DNA of 64,000 bases from Minisyncoccota bacterium (GTDB taxonomy: Bacteria > Patescibacteriota > Minisyncoccia > Phycocordibacterales > Zambryskibacteraceae), in NCBI GenBank assembly GCA_036517475.1, contig DATDVZ010000006.1, forward strand, positions 8,226 to 72,225, read 5' to 3'. Both the position numbers and the translations under genes were made by a program. Positions within the stretch are counted from its first letter, which is position 1. The number at the start of each line of letters is the position of its first letter. Positions 17,668-27,388 of this stretch are shown piece after piece. The notes under the pieces are model-generated. The model ran no database searches and was not told the DNA's origin. It saw nothing but the letters and a program-made list of their open reading frames with translations.

Positions 17668-19464
17668 TTAATTTAAATACGAATCTTCTCTGTGTTCGTG
17701 ATACTGACGCCACAATTCCTGAAACTCTGGACAGTTGGTAAGTAATTCCTGAAGCGACCCTGAAGCAATAATCCTACCTTCACGGAACATATAAATAGTC
17801 CGGAATAACGGCAGTAGGTGTAGCCTGTGGACCGAAGAGATAATGGTCTTGTTCCGAAATTCGCGAAAGATGTTTCGGTAGACTCTCATCTCTGTCGCCG
17901 TATCGAGGCTCGATGTAGGCTCATCAAGAAGCACTATATCCTTATCGTGACAAGCAAGAAGCCCTCGAGCTAGCGCCAGACGCTGTTGCTGGCCCCCAGA
18001 GAGGTTAACTCCTTTTTCCTTAATTGATGAATGAAACTTTTTTGGCAATGCTTCCGCAACATCAGTGAAGCATGCCATATCGGTGAAATGGCGCACGAAA
18101 TCGATTTCATGATCTGCTCCCAAAGTAATATTTTCCAATATCGTGGTAGCAAAAATTTCCGGATTCTGAGGTATTAGCGCAATTGCTCTACTGATCCCCT
18201 TAAAACCATCAGTAATAATTTGACCGTCTACACTGAGACTAATAGTTCGTGGATGATAGATATCTCTAACGATGTTGAATAATGTAGATTTACCGCCTCC
18301 CGATTCACCGACGAGAGCTATCCGAGCGCCGCGTTCCATCAACATTGATACGTTCTCGAGGTGGAGATTGTTTCTTCCATCGTTTTGATACGAGAAGTTA
18401 AGGCCTCCTACCTCCAAACGCTGCCAATTCTCGGGCAATACATGGTTAGTAAAGTTTTCTGTCCTAAAGTCCTTGGTGAGTTTCTCGGAATTTGTGATCA
18501 GTGTTTTACGTTTGAGTACTTCACTATACATTTGTGTGAACTGGAAAAAAATCTCACTAATACGATCAAGGTATTTAATGAGTAGAAATACACTTCCTAT
18601 CAAGACACCTTGAGCTGTACCGATGTTTTGCCAGAAATACACTGACATAACTACGATTACCATCACCGAGCAGCAAATGCTTGTAAGAAACCATTTCGTT
18701 TCACCCAAGCGTTGATTGTGCTTAAAGAGTTCAAACGGCTTCTCAACTTTCTTCATAATCGCACTGAAGACCAGTTTCTCAACACGCAGAATAATTACAG
18801 TCGTAATATTACTTACGGCGTCAAACACGCTCTCCGAGATCTGATTCTCTGCACGATTAAGCTCTTCGTATTGGCTGACCATTACTTTGTCGAAGCGAAT
18901 TGTTATCCATGCTGAGATGAGAATCATCACTAGAACAATAAATGCTGCCGGCGGAGAAAAGTATGCAAGTATAAAGTAACTTACGACAAGTTGGACGATA
19001 GCGTAAATTATCTCGAAAGAGTCTCCAGAGAATGAGAATATCGCATTTGTCCCCTTTTCAATTTTGTCAATCGTATCCCCAGAATGATGATCCACATGCC
19101 ACTCCATCGGGAGTGTCATAACACCCTTCAGAAGAAATCGTCTGTAATTGAGCCGCACCTTGAAAGCATTGTAGCGTTCAATACAGCGCGCAGGTCCATG
19201 GAAAGACCAGAAGACAAGCTCAAAAAGAAGAGTCAACGAGAGGAGTCCGATCAGTACTCGAATGTTGCCAGTTGTTACTCCCTCTTTTTGGATTATGTTC
19301 ATAATCTTGGCTAATGCCAATGGGGGGCCAATAAGGTTGACGGTATTGGCCACAATAAACATGATCCAATACCACACCACCTTGCCCCGATTTCCCTCTG
19401 AATACCGCCAAGTTTTGCCAAACAGATAGAGAAGCGGATTGCGCCTCTCGCTTTGAGCCTTCAT
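17668..19464 (-). CDS. ABC exporter, fused permease/ATPase
   Basis: TM domain, GESGGGKST, LSGGQQQR, LLDEPT, SVHRL. Confidence 0.93.
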   Translation of the reverse strand: MKAQSERRNPLLYLFGKTWRYSEGNRGKVVWYWIMFIVANTVNLIGPPLALAKIMNIIQKEGVTTGNIRVLIGLLSLTLLFELVFWSFHGPARCIERYNAFKVRLNYRRFLLKGVMTLPMEWHVDHHSGDTIDKIEKGTNAIFSFSGDSFEIIYAIVQLVVSYFILAYFSPPAAFIVLVMILISAWITIRFDKVMVSQYEELNRAENQISESVFDAVSNITTVIILRVEKLVFSAIMKKVEKPFELFKHNQRLGETKWFLTSICCSVMVIVVMSVYFWQNIGTAQGVLIGSVFLLIKYLDRISEIFFQFTQMYSEVLKRKTLITNSEKLTKDFRTENFTNHVLPENWQRLEVGGLNFSYQNDGRNNLHLENVSMLMERGARIALVGESGGGKSTLFNIVRDIYHPRTISLSVDGQIITDGFKGISRAIALIPQNPEIFATTILENITLGADHEIDFVRHFTDMACFTDVAEALPKKFHSSIKEKGVNLSGGQQQRLALARGLLACHDKDIVLLDEPTSSLDTATEMRVYRNIFREFRNKTIISSVHRLHLLPLFRTIYMFREGRIIASGSLQELLTNCPEFQELWRQYHEHREDSYLN

Positions 19465-19856
19465 CAGTTTCTCCTTGTCTGTGAGTTTATGAGTTTGTGT
19501 GAAAGAACATTAAAGAACTATACAGCGTGCCTCGGCACGCTGTTTCAAAAACTCGATTAAGTAGAGATAATCAAATACTTAAAACAAAATGCCACTCTGA
19601 TATATAAGATACACCAAGAGTAACCGCTCTGCTGGGCGCGGTTTTGAATATATTTTTTTGTGACATGATTAGATTCATGTATTGAAACGATACCATGTAT
19701 TAGAAAATATTGCAAGTACTGTAAATCCCATATCAAAATTTTTGAAATTTTAAAAAATATAGTGTTATATTATTGAAATTAATGGAGGGGTGGCCCAAAA
19801 AACTTTACTGTCGTAAAGTTAATGGGTAAACAGAGTGATCTCGTGATAATTGCGGA

Positions 19857-19946
19857 GGAGGAGTGCGAGAGTGGTTGAATCGGCGTCCCTGGAAAGGACG
19901 TATACCGGAAACGGTATCAAGGGTTCGAATCCCTTCTCCTCCGCCA
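19857..19946 (+). tRNA. tRNA-Ser(GGA)
   Basis: Acceptor GGAGGAG/CTCCTCC, anticodon arm CGTCC-CTGGAAA-GGACG, long variable arm, GTTCGAATC, encoded CCA. Confidence 0.95.
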
Positions 19947-20094
19947 TGTTCGGGAGAATCCATGCCCGTTCATCCCGCTAAGCGGGATATTTCGGGTCTC
20001 ACCCCCCAGCATGTTTCGGGACGAATCTTTCACCCTCCGCCATGAACATGAGAATCGTTGCCCGTTCATTTCGTATCGCGAAATGTTTCAGGTT
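19947..20094 (+). repeat. Tandem repeats downstream of tRNA-Ser containing a copy of the tRNA 3' end
   Basis: Two units CCTCCGCCATG...GAGAATC..TGCCCGTTC-hairpin-TTTC(G/A)GGT. Confidence 0.7.
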
Positions 20095-20190
20095 TTACTA
20101 TTGCAAGCTAGAAATTTACAAATGCGGATAGTTTATCTCGTTAAAAATTAATAATGTTAAAATATTGCATATATCTAACTAATTCTATTT

Positions 20191-23019
20191 ATGGAAAGTG
20201 GATATTTTTATTCAAAATCAACCGGACTCTATGTAGCGCGAGGCCCACTGCGAATTGACGCCAGAGTTATTGCGGCAGCATCTCAGTGCGGAGTTAAACT
20301 TCATTGGGATGATGAGGGAAGAATTAATAATCTTGACTTCCTAGAGTCTGTACAATTACTCAAAAGTTTTGGCGCAACAATGATGAGTGTAAAAGAGTAC
20401 TGGCTTATAATGGCCGAAGTCCGAGCCGCTAATGAAGTTGAACTCTTAACTCAATTGCAATCTGACCGTTATGCCGAATGGCTTAACAGTGTTTTTGAAA
20501 ATAAAGAGTCAGTTATTGAGGATATTGAGGTAATAAATAAAGAAGGAAAAAATACTTATAGCGGAAAAAGAAAATGGGTTCAAATGCCTTACGGACATCC
20601 CGGCTGGTTCAATACAGATGAAATTGATTTAGATACCGGACTTCCGAAAAGAGTGGAGTTAAACAGGGAAAAACACGCTACAACATGGAAATATTGGTCG
20701 TTTTGCGATTACGATTATGTAGCGGCAGGCGTCAGAGGATGGGTTACTTCTGTCGGCAAACCTTCTTTGGACTTAGGCATTCCGATAGACGCCCGCCAGC
20801 CGAATTTATTAATAAGAGAATGCCGGAAAGCGCCGCTTGAAGAGAGTATTGATCCCGATATAACAAAAAAGGCAGAGATATTGATCTCGCGATTTAAAAA
20901 TATCGTAGAGACCGGAGAGTATGAATCTTTTTATAAGTCGCGTTCAGAATTTTTGCTTTTTATAAAGAATTACGGATATTTATTTTCCAGATCACAGGAA
21001 ACTAAAATATATAAAATAAGGGAGAAACTGGTTGAAATTGCCGGGCTAATCACACTCCTTGCCAGAAAAGAGGATAAAAGTGAAGAGTTTTTGGAAATAC
21101 AGGACATTGCCAGAAAAAGCTGGGGGATTGATTCAGATATTACTTATGAGGATTTTGCCACATTTGTAATGACGAGCAGGCAGAGGTTGGAGGAGGCCTT
21201 GTGCAAGACTTATCCGATTGTCTTTGTTATCGGACATAAAAATCCTGATACGGACGCGGTAGTAAGTTGTCTTTTTGAAGCATATAGGAATCATATCGCT
21301 GACGGAAAAAGAGTTGTCTTTGTGCCGGTTGTAGAGGGATATAAAATGCCATTAGAAATTTCAAGACTTCTGGGCGAGAAGTTGACCGCGAGAATAGTTT
21401 TTACCGGAGAAAAACTCTATCAAAATATTTTGCATTTAGGTCAGGCCAGATGGATAATGACTGACCATAGTTTGAATCCATTGATACAAAAATTTGTTAT
21501 TTCAATAGTTGATCACCATATCCCCTCGGCTATTGCTCTGAGACAAGAGATACCGAAAACAATTGAATTTATTGGCTCAACGTCAGCTTTGATTGTGGAG
21601 CGTATCTATGGCCTTGGCCTCACTATCCCAGGCGATTTAGCCAGAATACTCTACGGGGCAACACTAATGGACACGGAGAACCGCTCCCCATATAAAATGA
21701 CACAAAGGGACGTCTTAATCATGGATGATCTGAAAAATATCGCGGAGGTTCAAAGCGACGGAGAATTTTTCCACGATTTGATGAGCAAATTACTTAATAG
21801 TGACGACGCTGAAGATTTGTTTGCGCGTGATTACAAAGAAGATTGGCAATTTTTCGGCTTCGCCGTCGCAAAAGTCAAACACTTTTTTGACAGCAGAGGG
21901 TCTGTTCTTAAACCAGAACTTGCGGATAATCTTGTCAAACTTGCTCATAGAAATAATGCGGACAAGAACTTGCCTCTGACGCTCATTAAACTTGTTGATT
22001 ATCTTGATGATAACAGCACTATAAACCGCGAGAGAGTATATCTCATATTCAATGAAAACATTTTCAGAGAATTCAATGAAACGATGTTTACTTTACTCAA
22101 AACTATCATTCACAGCACTTTCAAAGGAAAGGAATCCATGTCAGTAACGAGGGAGTATATTGAGTTTTGGGGAGTAGGCGATCAGTTGTCACGAAAGCGC
22201 GTTGTCCCGCTTTTTGATCCTGTGGCTACGGCTTTCAACAGATTTTTCTTCTCACCCGCGTCCGGCTTATACGCAAAGAGAGAGTTTTTAAAAAATACCA
22301 AAAGAGTAAGAGATGCTGCGCTATCACTTGGGATCAAACTATCATCGGATAACCAGGAAAGAATAAACCATGTTACCTATGGAGAGGCTATTAGACTTCT
22401 TGATGAGCTCGGATTTGAAGCGATGAGTCTGCCGGAATATTGGAATGTCTACAATGACGCAAAAAGTGTTTCCGACAACCAGATGCTCGGCCAACTCAAA
22501 AGTGACGGGTTTGTTGAGTTTCTTCACACAATAATTGAGGAGAATAATTCACTGACCCACAAGCCTGAAATTATTCGCGGCAAAACAAGTTTTGTTTATG
22601 AAGACTCTGTTGTTGAAATTGAATACAATTATCAAGGGGAGAAAAGCGAGGTCAAAATCCCAGAGGGCAAACCGGGCCTTTTTTCTCCAAGCGATGTTTA
22701 CCCGGAGACAGGACTACCTGCAAATGTAAAGTCGCCAAACATTTATAATGACCCGACACTTTGGCGTTACTGGTCGCCAGACGCGTCAATAAATGTTGCA
22801 ACTCGGGGGTATATATTTCTGCTCGGTCAACCAGCACTGGATCTAAAAGTGCATTTGTCAGAGGCTTTTCAGTGTCTTGGGATAAGACCGTGCTGTAAAA
22901 AAGTTGAGTTGCCAGAAGTAGAAATATCCGCTAACAGTAGCGGGGTATCGCTAACTATTTGGGAGGAGGGAGAAAAATTTAGTATCCGTGAGGCTGATCT
23001 TTTTAAAAACCTTGGTTAA
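20191..23019 (+). CDS. DHH/DHHA2 (family II pyrophosphatase-like) protein with duplicated flanking domains
   Basis: GHKNPDTD, DH, DHH, GSTS, MDT, RDYKE core; N- and C-terminal ~215-aa segments align with each other. Confidence 0.8.
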   Translation: MESGYFYSKSTGLYVARGPLRIDARVIAAASQCGVKLHWDDEGRINNLDFLESVQLLKSFGATMMSVKEYWLIMAEVRAANEVELLTQLQSDRYAEWLNSVFENKESVIEDIEVINKEGKNTYSGKRKWVQMPYGHPGWFNTDEIDLDTGLPKRVELNREKHATTWKYWSFCDYDYVAAGVRGWVTSVGKPSLDLGIPIDARQPNLLIRECRKAPLEESIDPDITKKAEILISRFKNIVETGEYESFYKSRSEFLLFIKNYGYLFSRSQETKIYKIREKLVEIAGLITLLARKEDKSEEFLEIQDIARKSWGIDSDITYEDFATFVMTSRQRLEEALCKTYPIVFVIGHKNPDTDAVVSCLFEAYRNHIADGKRVVFVPVVEGYKMPLEISRLLGEKLTARIVFTGEKLYQNILHLGQARWIMTDHSLNPLIQKFVISIVDHHIPSAIALRQEIPKTIEFIGSTSALIVERIYGLGLTIPGDLARILYGATLMDTENRSPYKMTQRDVLIMDDLKNIAEVQSDGEFFHDLMSKLLNSDDAEDLFARDYKEDWQFFGFAVAKVKHFFDSRGSVLKPELADNLVKLAHRNNADKNLPLTLIKLVDYLDDNSTINRERVYLIFNENIFREFNETMFTLLKTIIHSTFKGKESMSVTREYIEFWGVGDQLSRKRVVPLFDPVATAFNRFFFSPASGLYAKREFLKNTKRVRDAALSLGIKLSSDNQERINHVTYGEAIRLLDELGFEAMSLPEYWNVYNDAKSVSDNQMLGQLKSDGFVEFLHTIIEENNSLTHKPEIIRGKTSFVYEDSVVEIEYNYQGEKSEVKIPEGKPGLFSPSDVYPETGLPANVKSPNIYNDPTLWRYWSPDASINVATRGYIFLLGQPALDLKVHLSEAFQCLGIRPCCKKVELPEVEISANSSGVSLTIWEEGEKFSIREADLFKNLG

Positions 23020-23035
23020 GTATTTTTAATTAAAT

Positions 23036-23062
23036 ATTTCGGGTCCCCCTCCGCCATGTTTC
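23036..23062 (+). repeat. Copy of tRNA-Ser 3' end / downstream repeat
   Basis: ATTTCGGGTC-CCCCTCCGCCATGTTTC matches the tRNA 3' end (19938-19950) and 19989-20017. Confidence 0.65.
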
Positions 23063-23121
23063 CTGTCTCACACTTCTCCACAAAAAATGTGGAAGTAACC
23101 AGAATACTTTATTAAAAACTT

Positions 23122-23478
23122 ATGACTTATAAACAAAAAGCTGGTCTTGTAGCATGGATGCATCTTTTCTATATTTTGATTGTAATAGTCAGCCTGCCTC
23201 TGCTTTTTTTAATTTCTTGGTGGTATAAAGTTGCTCTTGTGCTCGCAATTTCAACTTTTTTGTCATGGATCCCTTTTAAGGGGTATTGCTGGATAACTAG
23301 GCTGGAAAATAAATTCCTCAAACAATATAATCCAGATTCTTCATACAATAATGGTTTTATAGAACATTATTCAAAAAAGTTTTTTAATACAAATTTTTCA
23401 CCAGTTACACTTATAGTAATACTTGATTCGTATTTACTTTCTCTTTTCATATTATCCTTACTTAATTTTCTGTATTAG
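23122..23478 (+). CDS. DUF2784-like membrane protein
   Basis: H..Y in TM1, C.IT.LEN, GFIEHY motifs. Confidence 0.7.
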   Translation: MTYKQKAGLVAWMHLFYILIVIVSLPLLFLISWWYKVALVLAISTFLSWIPFKGYCWITRLENKFLKQYNPDSSYNNGFIEHYSKKFFNTNFSPVTLIVILDSYLLSLFILSLLNFLY

Positions 23479-23489
23479 CTCATAAAATT

Positions 23490-24857
23490 TTAGACCTGAT
23501 TGTTTGCATTTTTGTTTCCCCCATCAAGTGCCGCCCTTGCGACTTCTTTATACCTCTGTTCAAGCCCACCATCATCAGCAATGCTTTTTAAAGTTTGATT
23601 ACTTACATTTCGGTTGCGAGCAATGATTCTTAATAAATAACCATAACCTCTTTCTTTTGCTTGGCCTGTGCCAAAATTATGTAAAGTTTTGGGACTACAA
23701 AGAGGACTGCAAACTATTGAGCCTATTGTTGCCCAATCAGTTGAGTTTTTATATTTTTTTTCAAAATTTTCAAATAATTCTTTTTGTTTAGACTCACTTG
23801 CACCCCAAATTAAAGCGATGTTAATCAATGGGTCATCTGAAATAAGTTTTGATCTGACAGATTTAGAAGTATTACTATCATAGGCACTTATAAACTTATT
23901 TATCCAATTACCACCCTTAACTTGGTTTGTACGTTCAATAAAATCCAACCACACAAGTTCTATAATTTTTTTTATTGCATCTCTGTGCATTTCAAAATTT
24001 TCTCTTGTTACCAACGGGCTTGGGTATCCTATTTTAGTTAACCTGTGTAATGTTTTATCATCTAAAAAAGTTAACCCATTATCAGAAGTTCCGTCGTTTA
24101 TCTTTAAGACATCAGATCTAAAATTTATATAAAAATTTATCGCTTTTATAACTCTTTCTAATTCTTTTTTTGTAATTATTCCCTTACCTTCTAATTTTTT
24201 TAAACCAGTTTTAACCCGCGGTTCATATTTAATAGAATCATTATTCCTATCAAGCATTTTAATATATCTCTCATACCAAGATACAAACAACAAATCTCTG
24301 GTCCCCCCATGACAGTATTTTATATTTAGGGCATTATCCCGTACCCTTTGTCTAAAATACTGGTTCAAATAGAATCTGTTAAATATAAAATTTTTTTGTT
24401 CTCTCTCAATAGAGTTGAATTTAATTTTCTGCAACTCAAACTTTTTATGTACATTTTTATTGCCAATAATAAATCTTGTTTCTAAGATCTGATTTCCTTC
24501 AATTAGACTCTTCTTGAGGTACGTCTCTACTTCGTCAAAAGTGCCCCATGGAGGCAAATCTACTTTAGAAAAATTGAACTTATCTAACTTCCTTGTAAGT
24601 AACTCTCTAAATTTTTCTGATTCAACTGATCTTCTCTTCTCAACTAAAAAAATATCTGCATCGGATTCTCTTCCAACCAATTCGATTCTACCTGGTGAAC
24701 CATACGTATAAAGAGCGAGACCTGATGGATTTTGCTTGTTAAAAATCTCTTTTGCAGTTGTCTTGTAGGCATTTTTAACTAGGATATCAAATTTTTGAGT
24801 ATCTTTGAGTGCCCTTTCTAGACCATTAAACTTGTTGAGATTAATACTTTTTTTCAT
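23490..24857 (-). CDS. GlnD/GlnE-like nucleotidyltransferase with C-terminal helical repeats
   Basis: YGSPGR.E...SDAD (pol-beta NTase), NIKYCHGGTRD substrate-binding motif. Confidence 0.75.
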   Translation of the reverse strand: MKKSINLNKFNGLERALKDTQKFDILVKNAYKTTAKEIFNKQNPSGLALYTYGSPGRIELVGRESDADIFLVEKRRSVESEKFRELLTRKLDKFNFSKVDLPPWGTFDEVETYLKKSLIEGNQILETRFIIGNKNVHKKFELQKIKFNSIEREQKNFIFNRFYLNQYFRQRVRDNALNIKYCHGGTRDLLFVSWYERYIKMLDRNNDSIKYEPRVKTGLKKLEGKGIITKKELERVIKAINFYINFRSDVLKINDGTSDNGLTFLDDKTLHRLTKIGYPSPLVTRENFEMHRDAIKKIIELVWLDFIERTNQVKGGNWINKFISAYDSNTSKSVRSKLISDDPLINIALIWGASESKQKELFENFEKKYKNSTDWATIGSIVCSPLCSPKTLHNFGTGQAKERGYGYLLRIIARNRNVSNQTLKSIADDGGLEQRYKEVARAALDGGNKNANNQV

Positions 24858-24858
24858 T

Positions 24859-25470
24859 CTAAAGTCCTAGTTTGTTTTTGGCAATCTCAAACATCTCGTC
24901 TTCAGTACCCTCGTGGTCAATTAGATAAAGTTCGGGATGTTTTTGCGCTAACTCAATATATAATTTTCTTCGTCTCTCGATTTTCGCCAAAATTTCATCT
25001 ATCGTATAATTATTATAATATTTTTTATCATCTCTAACTTTTGCTCTACAAAGAACGGTTTCTGCCGAGCACAATAAGATTACTCCAAAATTCGGCTTTA
25101 TCGCTCCACTAGCTAAGTTAATATTAATAATATTATCAACAGAAAAATTTTTATTTGCCTGATATATTGCTGAGGTGTAAAAACATCTATCAAAAATTAA
25201 ATAATCTATCTTACCGATTAAAGGTAATAAATATTTTTCATGAACCTCACCTCTTGCTTTGGCTACATCTAATATAAATTCTTTAGAAAATTGTTCGTTA
25301 CGCCCCTCATTACTCCATTTGGAAATTATTTGCTTAAAAGACTCATAAGCTTTCTCATAAACAATCAGGTTAGTTTTATTTTTTTTATTAAGGAATTCTG
25401 AAATTTTGGCGACCAGAGTAGTTTTACCAGTGCTAGTCATTCCCTCAATACATATGACTTTTGTCATCAT
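24859..25470 (-). CDS. Thymidylate kinase-like nucleotide kinase
   Basis: IEGMTSTGKTT P-loop; IFDRCFYTSAIYQ. Confidence 0.8.
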   Translation of the reverse strand: MMTKVICIEGMTSTGKTTLVAKISEFLNKKNKTNLIVYEKAYESFKQIISKWSNEGRNEQFSKEFILDVAKARGEVHEKYLLPLIGKIDYLIFDRCFYTSAIYQANKNFSVDNIININLASGAIKPNFGVILLCSAETVLCRAKVRDDKKYYNNYTIDEILAKIERRRKLYIELAQKHPELYLIDHEGTEDEMFEIAKNKLGL

Positions 25471-25537
25471 AATTGGACAGATACTATCAAAAAAGTTCAA
25501 ATAGAAAAGAGAGCGCTTATGCTATATTTTAAAGACT

Positions 25538-26125
25538 GTGATTAAAAAAATTGAAAATGTTGCTAAAAAATATTACAGCAAACTACCCTATCATAACTGG
25601 AATCATGCAAAAAAGGTCAGGAGTAATGCATTGGAATTAGTAGAAAGATGCAGAAAGTATAAAGTTCCTGTCGATTCTGAAGTCGTTGAAATAGCAGCTT
25701 TATTTCATGACGCGGGTTATGCTGACGTAAAAGAAAACAAGGAAGAACACAGTGCAAAAATCGCTAGAAAAGCGCTCAAAAAATATAAATATCCGGATTC
25801 AAAAATCAAAGCTGTAATAAATACAATTTTAGCAACCAAAAAAAACGGCCAATTAAAAACAAATGAACAAAAAATAATGCGCGCAGCAGATTTAAGATCT
25901 TTTACTTCAAGTTTTAAGGAATTTAAAAAAGCCAGTGATAAGATCCGTAGAGAATATAAAATACTTTATGGTAATAGTGATTTTCCGCTAAAGGGCTGGA
26001 CTGAGCTTGTCGACGCATATCTAAAACCGAAAATTAAACTCACTCCGGAATATTCTTCTGATAAATTTCACACCAAAGCCAAAAATAATATTAAAAGAAT
26101 TTTAAGAGAATATAAAAAGACCTGA
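25538..26125 (+). CDS. HD-domain phosphohydrolase
   Basis: LPYHN..H, AALFHDAG, EEHSA, ADL. Confidence 0.85.
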   Translation: MIKKIENVAKKYYSKLPYHNWNHAKKVRSNALELVERCRKYKVPVDSEVVEIAALFHDAGYADVKENKEEHSAKIARKALKKYKYPDSKIKAVINTILATKKNGQLKTNEQKIMRAADLRSFTSSFKEFKKASDKIRREYKILYGNSDFPLKGWTELVDAYLKPKIKLTPEYSSDKFHTKAKNNIKRILREYKKT

Positions 26126-26128
26126 TAA

Positions 26129-26722
26129 TTATTCAAGTTCAGAATATTTCACAAGTCTATTTCTTCCGGTTTCTTTTGCTCTGTACAATGCCTTATCAGC
26201 GCAGGCAACTATACCCTGGCAATTCATACCCGAAGTTGCTGTGGCTACCCCGATACTGGCCGTTACAGCTAAGTCAGACGAACTAAACTTTAAATTTTGA
26301 ATCTCCTGAAGCAATTCTTGCCCCTTCTTTGCTGCATCATCTTCATTGGCACCCAAGAGAGAAACTACAATCTCTTCTCCTCCCCATCTAGCTGCTGTGT
26401 CTCCACCTCGTAGGGAAATCATTATTGTCTCTGATACTTTTTTTAAAATCTCGTCTCCAACAGCATGTCCGAATTGATCATTAATTTTTTTAAAATGATC
26501 TAAATCAAAAAATAAAATGCTTAAATTTCTGAAACCAAACCACTCTTTTCGATTACTTTTATCTAAATTTGCAATAGCATCTAAATAAGTATCTATCTCC
26601 TCTTCAAAAAATTTTCGAGTTTTTAGTCCGGTGAGAGAATCGTGAATTAAATCTTTTTCCAGATTTTTAACTTGCTTTTCAAGTTCAGTAATTTTATTTT
26701 TTAATTCATCAACGTCAGACAT
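26129..26722 (-). CDS. Diguanylate cyclase (GGDEF domain, GGEEI variant)
   Basis: DSLTGL, DLDHFKKIND.FGH..GD, RGGD I-site, RWGGEEI. Confidence 0.92.
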   Translation of the reverse strand: MSDVDELKNKITELEKQVKNLEKDLIHDSLTGLKTRKFFEEEIDTYLDAIANLDKSNRKEWFGFRNLSILFFDLDHFKKINDQFGHAVGDEILKKVSETIMISLRGGDTAARWGGEEIVVSLLGANEDDAAKKGQELLQEIQNLKFSSSDLAVTASIGVATATSGMNCQGIVACADKALYRAKETGRNRLVKYSELE

Positions 26723-26769
26723 CTCTTTTTATAAATTATACCATCATTTAATATGAATCTCTTTCTTAT

Positions 26770-26791
26770 CATCTACGCCATGGCGTAGATG
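26770..26791. repeat. 22-bp perfect palindrome downstream of Cas2/PaaX-like gene
   Basis: CATCTACGCCA|TGGCGTAGATG. Confidence 0.9.
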
Positions 26792-26816
26792 AAGAACCAT
26801 ATATAATCAAACATGA

Positions 26817-27185
26817 TTACTTTATTTTCAATTTATAAGTCTTGAATGATTTTCCTAAACCAATTCTTTTCACATAATCAGTAAAATCTAGCGGCAAAGA
26901 TGGACCAACCCAGACACTCTTCTGAATCATGACAAAATCAAAGCTCTTAAGTTGACGGCGAAACCAATCTCGCTCTTTTTTCATTGTGTGAGGAACATCG
27001 TAAATAACTAATAAGTTTTTTGTAGAACCCTTCACATTATAATTTGTAAAAGAACGCAGATAATGCCGTCTTGAAATACTCTCGAGAACTCGCTTCCTTT
27101 TTTTAACCAAACTGAAAATATTTGGATCAGGTAGGTTAAAATTACCAAGGGGCACACCTTTGTAAGATTTTTTCCCTTTTTTCAT
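26817..27185 (-). CDS. PaaX central-domain / Cas2-like protein
   Basis: LLVIYDVP....ERDWFRRQLK.FDF.MIQKSVWV. Confidence 0.75.
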   Translation of the reverse strand: MKKGKKSYKGVPLGNFNLPDPNIFSLVKKRKRVLESISRRHYLRSFTNYNVKGSTKNLLVIYDVPHTMKKERDWFRRQLKSFDFVMIQKSVWVGPSLPLDFTDYVKRIGLGKSFKTYKLKIK

Positions 27186-27215
27186 AAATTTATTCTGTCC
27201 ATAAAATAATACTAC

Positions 27216-27243
27216 TACCATCTACGCCATGGCGTAGATGGTA
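27216..27243. repeat. 28-bp perfect palindrome upstream of Cas2/PaaX-like gene (same 22-bp core)
   Basis: TACCATCTACGCCA|TGGCGTAGATGGTA. Confidence 0.9.
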
Positions 27244-27388
27244 AAATTATATTATATCAGTTATCAAGTTGATCAGTTATATGCAGATCAGTTATCAGCA
27301 GGTGGATTGATAAAATTTCTTATTGGTATCTATCTCAAATTAAGGCTGAAACCTTTCCTCAACCCCACACCACAAAGCTTCGCTTTGG

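Noticed and set aside
19863-20045. Tracked ORF over tRNA-Ser (likewise 61172-61420 and the start of 59510-60463)
   Set aside because: They overlap clear tRNA genes
20191-23019. Diversity-generating retroelement target (lectin-like repeats)
   Set aside because: No reverse transcriptase and no near-identical TR/VR pair visible in the window; the repeats are diverged at protein level
26770-27243. CRISPR-Cas locus suggested by the Cas2-like gene and repeats
   Set aside because: Only two repeats, ~450 bp apart and enclosing a gene; no spacers, cas1 or effector genes
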